From Trichoplax adhaerens (lineage: Eukaryota > Animalia > Placozoa), in assembly GCF_000150275.1 (NCBI RefSeq), contig NW_002060947.1:157401-221400 (forward strand): a stretch of DNA of 64,000 nucleotides, given 5' to 3'. Shown in pieces: positions 28,761 through 42,277 of this stretch (the first letter of the stretch is position 1; every line of letters starts with the position of its first letter). Below the pieces are notes generated by a model. The model made no database searches, was not told the origin of the DNA, and saw only the letters and a list, made by a program, of their open reading frames with translations. Made by a program: the position numbers and the translations under genes.

Positions 28761-30847
28761 TTATTAAACTAGATTACAGATTTATATTCATGGAGTTATT
28801 TATGGTATCGACTATAATTGAATATCTTCAAGATATTAATCACAAGCGTCACAAGACATGACACTATAATCAATTAACATCAGCTACCATATAAGAACTC
28901 TTACTACCGTGCGGTATAATTTAATGTAACCAGTAATAACTATCATGGTTCTTACTATAAGCTATTAATAGTTATCACTATATATAAGTACTAATTCAGT
29001 AAATTTAGTCTTTTATTTCTATACAGTAGTTCGTACGGTAACAAATATTTATTTGTCATGTTTTAAAGACGCTGGTCCACTTTAATTAATTTATTGCTCT
29101 AAAAATAAATAACAGTGCATGTGTAATAAATCGGTGTCATGATCAATAGTCCGAAATATACTGTGCAAAGGCTTCAGTAAAGAATCGTCTTGAGATCAGT
29201 AACCTCATTACTTAGTAAGTAACATCATACGCTTTATCTACTTTAGCGATTGAAGTGAATATCGCCTATTTCTTCAAATCTTAATTCGTTTTATCCAATA
29301 GTTCATATTTCTATCAAGCAAGTATTCAACGTACTCTTACGGGTTGGGGTAATAGTCTTCGGAGGATTTTGCGCCTAGAATTACTTTATTACGGATAATT
29401 TTGCATAAGTATGATACTAGATTAATTGTGTAAGAATCGGATGCCTGCCATATTGTGACTCTTTCTCAAAGTTCATATTCGATTACGATTACATTTGCAA
29501 TTACCAAATACCGCTTAACAATTTATTGTAATAGAAAATTTCAACACAAGATTTTGTAAATAGCGGAAATATGTATATTATAATATACTGTATTTCTATT
29601 ATTTAGCGAAACTCGTGGAAATTTCACTGTACGTAACAGATTAACACACATTTATTCTCATAAATATGATTTGATAGCACTTACTGATTAAATATCTTTT
29701 CATAGCCGTAGTGTTTCCGTATCCAAATCATATTTAGTGTACATTATTTTTGCTCAAACTTGAGCGTGAATTTTAAGCCTATAGTGCAGCCCGAAGTATA
29801 GCTTAAATATTGATTGTATGATTGTATGAGTATTGTAACCCACGTGTTAATTTGTCAGATAGATACCCTTGTAAGTTCTAAATTGTAGAATATAAGATTT
29901 TATAAGTGAGTATTCGTGTTAGTAGTTACAAAGTAGCTTGTAGTAGTTGTTAGAGATGCTGTATTGGGTGATCTTCATACCTTAAGATACGCTAGTAACG
30001 AAATGCTAATCTAATTAAAATAAATATTGATCCCTATTTCCTCGTGATACTCTGTAACTAAATGTATATAAACAGGATATTTTATCTCCGAAGTTTAGTT
30101 AGTTGTAGCTAATCTAGCCCTTGGTAGAAGACGTAATTTATACTCAAGATACGGAAGTCTTGCTTAAAGTTAGACACTTTATCACAAAGTCAAATTGGTC
30201 ATCATATAAGTTGCATCGTTTCTAAGTTAATAGTATATTACTTAGACTTGTGTCACGAAGTAGCTTTAGCTTTATTTCTAATATGAACAGATTGCATTTA
30301 CTATTAAAGTAATCATTCATTTTTCGTAACTTCCATACTTATAAAGCATTTGAAACCATTTTACACTGCAATACTCGCCATATCAGCAATAGAATTCTAG
30401 ATTTATGCTTGGCGATAAGCAAACTTTATTCTATAGATAACGATATTCCATATACGGATCAGTTATACCATTTTCCAAGCATATTATGGATATAGTAAGC
30501 CTCTTATCTTCGTTTAAGACATACTATATGCAATAAACAATACCAGCTGTAAGTTTATTAAATAATAAAACTAGTACACCTTGTTAACTTTAATTTAAGA
30601 ACAGTTAGAAAATGTAATAAATTATATAGGCGAATTCGTTTCATAGTTTAAGTTAGCGGCAATGCAATAGTAATTAAGGATGGGAAACTTAATACGGGTA
30701 CATCACTCTTATTTTATTTTTTAGACTTTTAGCTTATGTACGAACTATAAGTTTGGCTATAAACTAGCATACAGGTTGAGGTTAAATGTCCGCATTTAAT
30801 AATATAGTATTGGTCTTAATACTATTTCGTTGAGCCGGTGAAATCAA

Positions 30848-31903
30848 CTATTTAGTCGATGTTTTCCGCATACAGCCGCCACTATCACGAATAATAAATA
30901 GTGTTGATGTTCTGCGAATAGGAATAATGGTAGAAGTAAATTTTATCGATTTAATGCTTTGACGAAAAGATGGACTTGATGCCATATATATAAAAGGATT
31001 CCACACCGATGAAGAATAAGCAATCATTCTAAATACAAATGAGATATTGGCCATGATAAAATACAAGGATGGATCTTGTTTAAATCTTGTACGAAGCGCT
31101 ACATCCATAAATAGTAGAGTATAAAATCCAATACTAGATAAAATATAAACTAGCAGAACAATAAATGCCGTCTTTGCGCGACGTTTAGCGTAACAAAGTT
31201 GATGTGCATTAGGCTGTAGATGGATAGGTAATTGATTTAATTTTCGTAGTACTTTACCAATGACAATATAAGAAACGATTCCAGAAACCAAAGGCATAAA
31301 AAATTGTATTATCATACCAGAAATTAAATAAGTTATAGAAGACTGTGCTTGCATACGGATATAGCAATATTGATAGGGTGTTAAGGTCAAAAAATGAATT
31401 TGAGGCGAAGCGAAGGTAAAGCTGAAAATCCAAATTAGAGAAATAACTAAACCAATAGCTTTAGTACTACACCAACGTTCAAAAAAGAACGGTTTTGCGA
31501 TAGCTAATGAACGATCAATACTAACTACGACTAACGTTAAGGCAGAAACGATAATAACCGTTGTTTGGATTACAGGTATAGCTTTGCATAAAAAGAGACC
31601 ATAATAAAAATAACCTTTATTTAACATAATTGTTCCTGTAAACGGAATGGTAACGGCTAATAGAAAGTCTGCGGTTGCTAAATTGCAAAATAACATAAAC
31701 ATATTAGTGGATCGTAAGCTACGTGATAGCAGAATTACTATAATAATAGTACTATTAGCGATAAATCCGCCAGCAGCTATGATATAGCTTATGATAGCAT
31801 GCATCACAAAAGGGATTGGAGCTATAGCATCCGAAGATCGTGAATTCGCTGAAGTGGTTGATAAAAATGATCCATTGCTGTCCGGTAGAGATGTCGTAGT
31901 CAT
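30848..31903 (-). CDS. Intronless class A GPCR, peptide-receptor-like, 351 aa
   Basis: Complete ORF with 7 hydrophobic segments, N1.50 (FIANS), NLATAD, TM3 Cys, SIDRS, W4.50/P, ECL2 Cys, P5.50 (FFMP) and WNPFIY. N-terminal NGS sequon. Confidence 0.92.
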   Translation of the reverse strand: MTTTSLPDSNGSFLSTTSANSRSSDAIAPIPFVMHAIISYIIAAGGFIANSTIIIVILLSRSLRSTNMFMLFCNLATADFLLAVTIPFTGTIMLNKGYFYYGLFLCKAIPVIQTTVIIVSALTLVVVSIDRSLAIAKPFFFERWCSTKAIGLVISLIWIFSFTFASPQIHFLTLTPYQYCYIRMQAQSSITYLISGMIIQFFMPLVSGIVSYIVIGKVLRKLNQLPIHLQPNAHQLCYAKRRAKTAFIVLLVYILSSIGFYTLLFMDVALRTRFKQDPSLYFIMANISFVFRMIAYSSSVWNPFIYMASSPSFRQSIKSIKFTSTIIPIRRTSTLFIIRDSGGCMRKTSTK

Positions 31904-32442
31904 TTTTTCTCTTCACTGTTAGTATAGATGAAATAATTTGATTAGGGTAACTTAATTGATGCTATTTCTGAAAATAAGATTAAATTTATTATAAGATAGC
32001 CAGACTATTAACAATTTAATAAGGAATCAAGAAAACTGCAAATTATAAATGATTTTAAAGTACTGAATACATAAATAATATTAAACTTTTCAAACGTAAG
32101 GCTAGAATCTACTTTAAGTCTTAAAGGTTTTACTAACTGTAATTACAGAGAAAGCAAAATGCATGCATTCAGAATGAAGTATAAGATTCACTGCAACGAT
32201 TTTCCTATTATAACTACAGGTTTAGATGCTATTCGAGTAAAAATTCATATAAGAACTTATAATTTGATAACTATATAGTAAGAAAGTCGGCGCACTTCTA
32301 AGTTTGCTTCTGTTTTTCCTATAGTATATTATATTGATAAATTCTGATTATTCTAAAATTCTTTTCAAGGTTTTATTTATGTTAATAATGGCTCATAGGT
32401 ACCGTTGAATGCTTTTTTTATTTTCCAGTAAACTTGAATAGA

Positions 32443-33691
32443 AATTGTTTTTCTTTATATTTAGTGCTATCGAATCGCATTACTGTTGTCCTTGTAAGTG
32501 TGTCTATGATGGGTGCTATTCATAAATAGATAATGGCAGTTGAGATATCTCGAATATTTACTCGCTAAAATTTTAATATAATATCGTTAATGGCATGTTC
32601 GAAATGGGATTAGGCTTCATTATTTAATTAATTAATAAATACATTTATATGTATATGATTATATTATAATTCGTGACCGCTAGAAACAATGGCCTCTTGA
32701 ATAGTACTAAAAAATATAACGTATTAGATTGTTGTAATAATGGTGTATACGAAGATTATCTAATATACTTACAAGTGTAATATACTTCGAGAAACGATTC
32801 TAATTAATTTCTCTTAAAATTCTCTTTCGCAAATAGACTTAGGGTTATTTTGTCTCATCGTCATTTTGGCTATCTTTAACCAAATATCTTTACTATCTAT
32901 CAGAAAATAGAACTAAAGGATCAAATTTCTATTTTATAGATTAACAACAACGGTAAGTGATCTTGAAATTTTTAACTTTCAAATTAATAAGATCTAAAAT
33001 TGTGTTTATACTGTGTCTTCGAGTAATTCTAGCGCTTAGTTTCAAATATTAGATTACGAATCGTAGTTATTTAATCTGCAGCCCATAATTGACTTCGCCA
33101 AGGAATGCTTTTAGTTAGAATTTAAGATGCCCATTGATAGTGGCTAAACTAGTATTTACAGTATTATTCGAATTTCGGGACGATTGATGAAGGATTAGAC
33201 TATCTTGATATAGTTGGGTATCAGACCAACAAGTTACTGACGTTTCAAAAATATTAGAAGCAGACACGGACGTTTTACAGTCAACTTATTATTATGCTCG
33301 TATAATGCATGTGATATTCTAAAATTAGTGTATTTTATAAAATTTGCACGGGGGTTATTAAAGTTTTGACTAGTCATACGAAAATTTAATATATTCGGCT
33401 ATTTCAATAATTTCTTGGCAAGGTGTTCATTTTATGTGTAATTATTTTCCTTTATATTTGGTGCTATCGAATCGCATTACTATTGTCCATGTAAGCGTGT
33501 CTATGATGGGCACTATTCATAAATAGATAATGGTAGTTGAGACACGGATACCTTACAGTCAACTTATTATTATACTCGTATAATGCATATGATATTCTAA
33601 AATTAGTGTGAACTTCTACATAATAAAATAAAATAAGGTTTGACTGGTCATACGAAAATTTAATATCTTCGGCTATTTCAATAATTTCTTG
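32443..33691. repeat. Interrupted tandem duplication (A..spacer..B-A'B')
   Basis: 32443-32545 matches 33440-33542, and 33262-33418 matches 33540-33691. A and B are contiguous in the second copy but ~715 bp apart in the first. Confidence 0.8.
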
Positions 33692-36600
33692 CTGATGTAT
33701 TTATATTACGAGAAATTACAGTACTCATAGAGTGGCAACTTATATATTTGGAACTGTCAATATGCGATTTGAAGTTGCGTAGTTAACCTTAATCAATAAG
33801 CAGATGTTCAGTAAACTAATTATTTAAATTTTTATAAACAGGAAGAATCAATGTCATGACTACTTGAATATTCTACCTGTAAGCCACCTTTAGTCTAAAA
33901 TGATTTAATATCTAATTCATTAGAAATTTTATACCCTTGAGCTGCAATAATATGGTTATAAGAATCAAAAATATAATATTTTGTGGGCGAAAATTATCAT
34001 ACATGGCCTAAAATTAGAAGCTCTGCGGCCTTACCGGATATGATATGTTATCGTGATGTCAGAAGTTGACAGTGAAAAGCCCGCATTGATTATAGAGTAC
34101 AGTTATTTCCTAAATTACTTTACGATTTTAATCATGTTCGAAAAATTAATTTCATCATCACCTGAATGTTTATAACTGTTATCATATTGTATAGTTAAGT
34201 AGACTATTCCAATAATCTGTCATCTATATTTCATAATAAGTATATGTGAATAATTAAATAAAATTAAAGTTAATACTACACATTAGCATGATATTTACAA
34301 CGTAAAATTTCAGCACGCTCATTTAATCCCTGTGCACTAGAATCGTAAGTAAATTTAATGAAGATCTTTGTATTCTACAAATTAGATTGTTTAAAACTTT
34401 CATTCTGGTTCAAATTGAAGCCTTGTAAATTCCTTACTTAATAGATTATAGATGAAAGTTGTTACAACAGAAATTAGTTCATATGTTTTTATCCTAGTAT
34501 GCAGTACTGAATAGGATAAAACATAGCACATATCAGAAAATAATAGTATATATTAGTTTCTATCAGTCATAGAAATATGTATGTATTACCTATCCATATA
34601 TAAAAGTAGTTTCAAGATACCATGTGCAACGATAAATAGTCTGTAGGTAAAGAAGATTGTTGAAACTGTGAACAATAGCTATCGTTGGATTAATGGATAA
34701 CGTTCGTTATTATAGGGCTTGAATGACAGTTAAATATCATTTTTCAATGTTGTACACTAAATAAAATGAAATAGTCATACAATTGAACTTTGTTATTTAA
34801 TAGATGTTTAATTTATTTGGCTAATATCTAATAACTTATATTATTTCTCTAATAATATTCATGTTCTATACGTATTGAGAAAGCCTAAATACGACGATGT
34901 CATTCGCAAGCATTGTAGAATAGATGCTATAGAAGAAAATTTGTAAATTTAGATTAAAAAAGGAATGAGAAGTAAACTAAAAGCATGCTAAGCTTGCTTT
35001 CAAATGATGATGATAAAATTCATAAATTCGTAATGCTGTCATAATTACAAACATTAGTTATCCCTTTTTAGTTATTTAAATCAGGTGATATTATATGAAA
35101 TTATAGTTCTGGATATTTATTGTTGATATTATGGAGGTGCAGAGGTAAAAATTTCGTTGCAATCCAAATCAATCATATAATACTATATATTTACTACTGA
35201 AAACATTTACATTATAGTTCTTAGGTAAATCGTTTTATAATCGTACACTCATCAGGGTAAGAATCGTAAACCGTTAAATTCTTCTATATTATTTGGCTAG
35301 TAAATTTATAATTGCAATTTATGTGATACCGGTACAAAATTTACTATAAATCCATATGGAGACAAGATTGTATATATTTTGGTACTATTAAAATATTTTA
35401 GAAGGTAAAATAAATGCATTATGATGGCTATTTCGTCAAAGAACTGAATACATACCAAGAAATTTACGTCATGGAAAGTCTTTTGATTATTTTTTTTACC
35501 AACTTTTACATTTTATGAATAATTTAATTATAATTAAAAAGTGGCATAAAATTGTTGCCACCATACCAATTATGATTCGCGATCAAAGCTGAAAAAAGCA
35601 TATATTTTGTTTTGGTTGATTTCAGATTTTTTGATATCAACTGTGTTGTAAATTACCTTGGATAGGGATGATCACATTTATTGTAGCTATTGTTGAGAAT
35701 ATTCTTACAACATTTCTCGTTAACCTTAAATGACGTCACGAAGGTAAAATAGACATATTCGAATGGCTTGATTTGTTTAATTTTGGGCTTTAATCCGATT
35801 GCATGATATCAAATTTAAAAAGCAGCAATATGCAAGCATTATTATAATAAAACAAAGGCTAAAATTGCTTTCGTTGCTGGATGCCAGTAAACTTTGGATA
35901 AAAGATTGATGCGCAATTCGCACCATATGTGAACATTCTTTGTTGCGTATATTACAGATACTTGAAGTAATATTTTAGAGTACAAGGCAGTTTTTGTTAT
36001 ACGTATCTACTACATTATGAGCTAACTAAGTAAGTAAACATATTACACCAGCTTAATGGCGTCTATTCGACGTAGTCAAAAGATAATTTAATTAACAAAA
36101 TAATCTAGCAATAAACCAACATAGTACTGTATTAAGATTATATAAAACTTAGATCTATAAGCTTTACCATTGACAATATATCCAGGAGTTCAATCTAATT
36201 AAGAAGCTATTAGAGTTCCATCTCTAATCTTTCTAATTTTGACACTATTATCTAATATATCGGGTTCAAATACACTTCACACTATCTGCAGGCCGTTATT
36301 TTGTAAAATTAGACTCTAAAGATCAGATGGCGAAGTTTCAAGAATACGCGTAATGAATTGATTAATATTTGAAGTAATATAGGACATTGAATTCATAATA
36401 TACTCTATCATCTATGCTTTAATCTACAATCTACTGTAATTTGATTATGATCTCAACAAATTATAGTATATGCGCTTTATTCTTATCTACAGTATAGAAA
36501 TTGAACATCTTGTGATAGTATCGGAACTAGTCTTACTATAATATTAAGATAAATATGTCTAAACTTAGAGCGATTCCGTGATCAAACTAAGGCATTATAA

Positions 36601-36829
36601 TAACCAATAACATCATTTAGTTTCTCGAGGCAAGATCGTATTGTGGAAATAGTACTTTATGTTTCTTTATTGAACAAATGATACGGTTGCATTTAAAGTT
36701 AGTAAACTATAACTAGTAAAGGCCTTCTATATAGTATAATATTGATAAAATGGAAGTATTTTATTTGCTTATACTTTACTTAATACGATTTCGGTATAGT
36801 ATCTTAGTTAACTACTTGTTTTATACTAT

Positions 36830-37381
36830 TGTAATGTAACTTAGTATTGTGATTGTAAACTGTCAGCCATGTTTAGTATAATATACGGTAGATAGTTATC
36901 CTAAAAGATATTTGGGAGCCATAAATATAGACTGTAGTGGTATAGACTCTATGCTAGAGTAAAGATGACTATATACAGTAAGGTGTTGAGTTACTAACAA
37001 GGCTATAGGTAAAAATAGAACTGTAAATCATGTATTAGGATATGGCTATTTCATTGTACTTTGGCTGGTGTGAATAATATCTACGTGAATACTGTAGTCG
37101 TATCCATATCGGATTAATGACGGTCCGCAATAGAACAGTGTTACTGAGAATACTCTAACTATGTGTAAAATAAGATTAAAGGTTGCCATACGGATTGTAG
37201 CTGCGAATGCTACGAAAAGTATAAAAGCATGCAACTTTAGATAATTCTGTTAGTTCGTTGTAGAAGTCTTTAGTAGTAGTATTCGGCTAGAGTAGAGCTA
37301 CGTGTAGCTAATCTTTGTATAAGACTTAATAAAGCCCCTATTTTTCTAAAATTTGGAATTTCGTGATCGGTATATATCATA
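36830..37381 (+). mobile_element. Solo-LTR-like element, family C (552 bp)
   Basis: Full-length inverted homolog of 58074-58625. Starts TGTAATG; 3' end mutated (ATCATA). TATAAAA 37220-37226 and AATAAA 37328-37333. TSD degenerate. Confidence 0.8.
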
Positions 37382-37864
37382 TATATGAACGTGACCGTAT
37401 GCGAAGTCGGTCACTATCTGGCATGATATTTAGCAAATGCTCGTATAAAAACATTTAATCCTAGTGGTCGGTTAGCGTAGTTACAGATAAAAATTCTTAA
37501 TTTTCAAATATATCTTACTTTTTAGCTTTGATATTCTTATATTAATATTTGAGTAGAGCAGCTCTAAACATTTATATAACAGTTTTATGATCAAATTATA
37601 TACCGTCAAAACAAAGTTCATGAATGATTCGTTAAATGTTTGATTCTAGCATTGACTAAAAATCATATAATTGCATTGATCTTAGTAACACTCTAAATAT
37701 ATCCTTCATAAAAAGAGAATTATGTCAAGAATATCTGTTTACCGCTGAAACAGAGCTACAGCAAACAACTTTTTTAGCCTTCGCAATATATTGGGGCACC
37801 AACTTCTTTATAGGTTATTGAACTTCTACTCCTCTTAGAGTATTTATTTTTATTAACTTTAAAA

Positions 37865-40137
37865 ATGTTATCCCAAGAATTAAATAATAACCATACAAAC
37901 TTTTCCGTTACAATTCTTTCGAAGAATTTCAAGACAGTGTTCATACCATTATGGCTTATATCGATTATCATAGCAACCTTAGGAAGTGCTATGATATTAT
38001 ATGTAATACTTCGAAAATATCACCTAAAGATACCACCTACAGATGTGATGATTCTAAATGTGACCATAGCCGACTATCTATTCGTATTGTCGAAGTAATA
38101 TAATTGTTGACATAAGATATGAAGTGAAACTAATTCGGGTAGTTTAAAATTAGATGACTTCAGTGCCACACTTACTAATGTACTATATCATAAAATGCCT
38201 TTAAATATTGATACGGGTTGCCGTTTAAAATTATAGATTATGAATTGCAAGTTCTGCTTTTAAAGGCCAACAATTTCAGTAGTCTTACATTTCTTCAGTA
38301 ATTTTTTGAGAATTATAGAGTACATTATTAGGAAACTGCCAACTTAGCATATTTTACTGTTTAAGCAACATTCAGAATTCACAGAAAAATTCTTAGACTG
38401 TAAAAATACTAATACTGATAGAAAATACTAATCGGTTTTAATGCCTCGAGATTTAAACTTTTTTAAATATAATTCAATGCTGTCAATGTATCAAGAATAA
38501 CTACGTAGCAATTAAAATTGTTAATTGCAATAGATCGATAAGAATGGATATAGTACAAAATTATTAAATTCTTTGATAGTCCGCAATAAGATTAATATTC
38601 TTGGTTGTAAAATGTTTAGTTCGTGGTAAATACTCTGACTTGTATAAGGAACGTATTTAATATTTAACATTATTAAACTAAGCATTATTTTTGAAATAGT
38701 GTTACCTTCATGCTACTTTTGGCCTGGAGTGTATTTAAGAAACCCCTTTTTCGCTCAAATACATTCTTATGTAGATTTTTCTTCATTTCGGTGTCATTTT
38801 TTTTGGGCTAGCACGGTAATTTTGGCTACTCTAGCCTTAATGCGATACTCTAGAATTGTAAAGACAAATCAACTTCGCCAATTATTTTCGAAGCAAAACA
38901 GCATTCTTATTGTATGCTTTACGTGGATTTTGCCAATATTGGCTGTATTACCTCCCTTATTTGATTTCTTGGGAGAGCTTGTATTTGTTGAGAATTATGG
39001 TGGGATTTGTCTTCTATCACTTGATCCTCCCCATCATGTTAGTAATATTACTTATAATATTATAATCTTTGGAATATGTTTTACTTTTGCAAATATAATC
39101 ATTTTTTATTGTTATTATCGAATATAAAAAATGGTTCATGAAAGTTCTAATCGTGTTAGAAGAACTAATGATACAGATAGCCATGATTCAGGAACATATA
39201 CAAATGATAACAAGAATAGATTGTTAAGAAAACCAAATGATAGCAGACTAAATGCTGTATTATTCGTGGTCTCTCTTGGATATACAGTATCTTATGGGCC
39301 TATTACAATATCATCGTTTCTGAGAATGATGGGATTGGTAAAACTGAACTTAGAGCAGTCACTCATATGTTTCACTTTAATGTACTTAAACAGTATGATA
39401 AATCCGTGGGTGTGTTACAGTGTTATATACTGTATTACAGTAGAAATATCTATGCTAGGATAATTCTGTTAGACTATCCTTATTTAGTTAACTTCTAATT
39501 TGGATATACTGTGTTTTAATATTGTACTGACTTTTTATGACAGTGACACTTATACACATACTGAAATTAATAGTTATAATAGGGAATGCAAATCATCTAC
39601 TTACAGTTCGAATCATTGTGATTGTAATTTACTTATGGTAGATTGTAAATTATCGTGGAAAAGTTCCGTGATAGGACATATCGTAATCTGACTATTCTGT
39701 ATTAGTCATTACATGTCTATATTCGTAAATACTGTTGTCTGCATTAAGGGAGCAGTAGCTAAACTTAATATCTAATTCAGTAAATGATTCCGAGGTTAAT
39801 TATATTAACTATGACTCATGAATTATTGAGGAATAGTATATAAATGCAGTATGTCGTGAAATAAAGAGGATTCTTAAACTTAGTGTTTAACGTAAAATAC
39901 GAGGCGTTTAAGTCTTTGTGTAGTCTGCTAGTAGAGCAAAAGTGTTTGTGATAGTGCAGATGTCGTTCCTTGATACGTGGTTTAAGGAAGTGACTTATTG
40001 ATCGTATATTACGTTATCTTGTTGCAAAGCTGTTTTGTGACAGGGTGTTACTACTAAGTTGCCGAAGGTATCGAAAGTTTATATTAAGCAACTTTGGCAC
40101 AATCCGACGTAGAAGTTCCGTGGTTTCTCTGCCATAA
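37865..40137 (+). pseudogene. GPCR cluster gene 6 (exons 37865-38094, 38700-40137): frameshift, stop and LTR insertion
   Basis: Donor AA|gtaata at 38095, acceptor atag at 38698-38699. Frameshift in the T8 run 38797-38804. TAA 39125-39127 where paralogs read RIYK. Element 39413-40042 is inserted after NPWV; the frame resumes LLLSCRRYRKFILSNF...LP* (TAA 40135-40137). Confidence 0.9.
39413..40042 (+). mobile_element. Solo-LTR-like element, family I (630 bp), inserted in GPCR gene 6 TM7
   Basis: TGTTACA...TGTGACA termini. Perfect TSD GGGTG (39408-39412 and 40043-40047). ATGACTCAT 39811-39819, TATATAAA 39837-39844, AATAAA 39860-39865. Confidence 0.9.
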
Positions 40138-41812
40138 CATTTCGCAATAGGTAATAAGGGATAACAATAAATTGCAAGCGTACTTACTGGAATATTAGGA
40201 ATTATAGTAAAATAAATTATTTCATATTTCTAAATGCGCTAAATGCGTTTAGTAAACTCACGGAAAGCGTTAGTTTTAAATACGCGTACATTTAAAGTTG
40301 TAGAAATTTCGATAACTTAGTCATCTTAGGAAGTGATAGTTAAAGTTCTAATCAATGCGTCAGTTATTATTCATATAACAGCTATTAATCATAGCGCTTA
40401 ACCTAAATATCTCGTTATTTGTTAAAACAGCAATTCTTTATACTTATTTTATAGTATGTGAATTATTAAAAAATAGCTTGAACCCTCGAATCCATCAAGC
40501 AGACATGACCTCAACCTTTTGGCTCTATTTTTTGTAGAAAGCACATATACGATAGCTACGTATCTCATTAGTATGTAAGGAATAGTGCGTGCTTTTATCT
40601 GGCTCTCCAGCATTTATTTTCTGTTCTTAACTTGAAATCACAATAATGTGTGTGAACTTATAGGGATGCGATTGTGAAATAGTAAATTGTTATTAAAACG
40701 GATATAAGAGAAATCTTTATAACATAGAGAGCAAATATATTTTTGAAATAGAACACTAATATTACACTGTATACAGCATATATTGGTACATATATAATGT
40801 ATATATAAGAATATATACTGATCTTTCACGTTTTAGATTTTATCATTACGTGGAACAGGTCTTAATTATTAATATGATATGCATATCTAGTCTAATATTC
40901 ATAACTTATTAATTGCAAGAGCAGTGGACTAAAAGCAATTTTTCTTTGTATTTAGCTTCTTCTAAGAGATATTGTTAGTGTCTACAGCAAAAAAATTATT
41001 AAATATTAACAAGATATCTACTGATTATAGTGAGCTAAAACGCAAAAGAGGTTGTTTGTCGTAAGCGATAGTAAATAACCTTAAGTATTACGTGAATATG
41101 ATTGTTAGAGACTACGTGTACAGATCGATAACAAGAGTAAATATAAAATGTGATATTTAAAATTTAGAAAACGACTATCTAACGCTTAATAGATTATATA
41201 CCAAAAGAAGGGTGTAATAATCGTTTAAAGATTTGACCAATGAATGTAAATTGAATAATATATTTTGCATCTAAAAGGGTTACAAAATGTGTTAAAGAAA
41301 GTAATTGTAGTTCCTTTTTAATTAGCTAGAGAAAGTATTACAATAATTCAATACTTTTAGACTTCTTAATTTATATATTTTAACATATAACAAGAAATGT
41401 AAGATTTTAATCGTCGCCATCGAGAGTAATATTCTGTATAGTCCGATATTTCTAATATATAGTCCAGAAAAAAATGGGCTATTTTACAACATTTTTTACT
41501 GTATTCCATAATTGTTAATTTCCTAAAATATTAGTAAATTTGTTACTAGCATATTAATATATATGTATACGAGAATAGTTTAATTAAGAAACGGGTAAAT
41601 AATTTCGAAATCAGAAGCGTTGCAAAGGAAGTAACTTAATGTGAGCGTTATTTGATAAAAGACCATAGAGTAGGATTATAAAGAAAATTCTCCCTAAATG
41701 CTATAAATAAATTCAGTTGCGATGAATGTTTCTTAATCTAATATTGTAGATAATTACTCAAATTAAATTTATGAGAATTCAGATATGTAATCACGGTTAT
41801 GATAATGTAATA

Positions 41813-42277
41813 TTTGCGTCTCACAATAACTACCTCAGTCAAATGGTATTTTCTAAATAGCTTTTATTGCAAGGTTTTAGGAATAGTAGAGCAAGAATTA
41901 ATTACTACAAGAATCTAGTCTAAAATCCAAAGTATTCCGAGCTCAAAGTGAAGAGAAGTCTCTTCTCCTCTATGTGCTCATCTCTGCAGTTCTTATAAAC
42001 ATTTCTTTTAATCCATTTATGACAACTTAATTAATCTACAATCAGACATGAGTCATCAAACAAAATATTTTTCTCTAATAGTACATCATTATTTTCTACA
42101 ATCTAAATCATTCTACTTAACATGCCACTACTCTTCTATTAAAGTCTAGACCCTTTCTCTGAAAGTCATCTTAACAACTATAGTGTTTCTAGCTGCATAG
42201 ATCTTGCGCCATAATTAGTCAACTAGCTACTATTAGTCATCTACAATTTCTAATATAGTATTTAGCAATCATCTAAT
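41813..42277 (-). mobile_element. Dispersed repeat, family B (ends approximate)
   Basis: Inverted homolog of 28298-28760. ATGAGTCAT at 42048-42056. Confidence 0.7.

Noticed and set aside
29834-30258. Additional solo-LTR candidate (TGTAACC start, TATATAAA at ~30065); similar hints near 26951 and 47100-47519
   Set aside because: No clean CA end with a matching TSD and no second copy in the window.
37046-37234. 62-aa ORF duplicated at 58221-58409 as a small gene family
   Set aside because: Both lie inside family C elements, antisense to the element promoter. They start at TTG and differ at about a fifth of residues, with no sign of constraint.
38699-39691. Track ORFs 38699-39127, 39131-39463 and 39500-39691 as separate genes
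   Set aside because: They are fragments of pseudogene 6 (the first begins in the wrong frame) and read-through into the inserted element.
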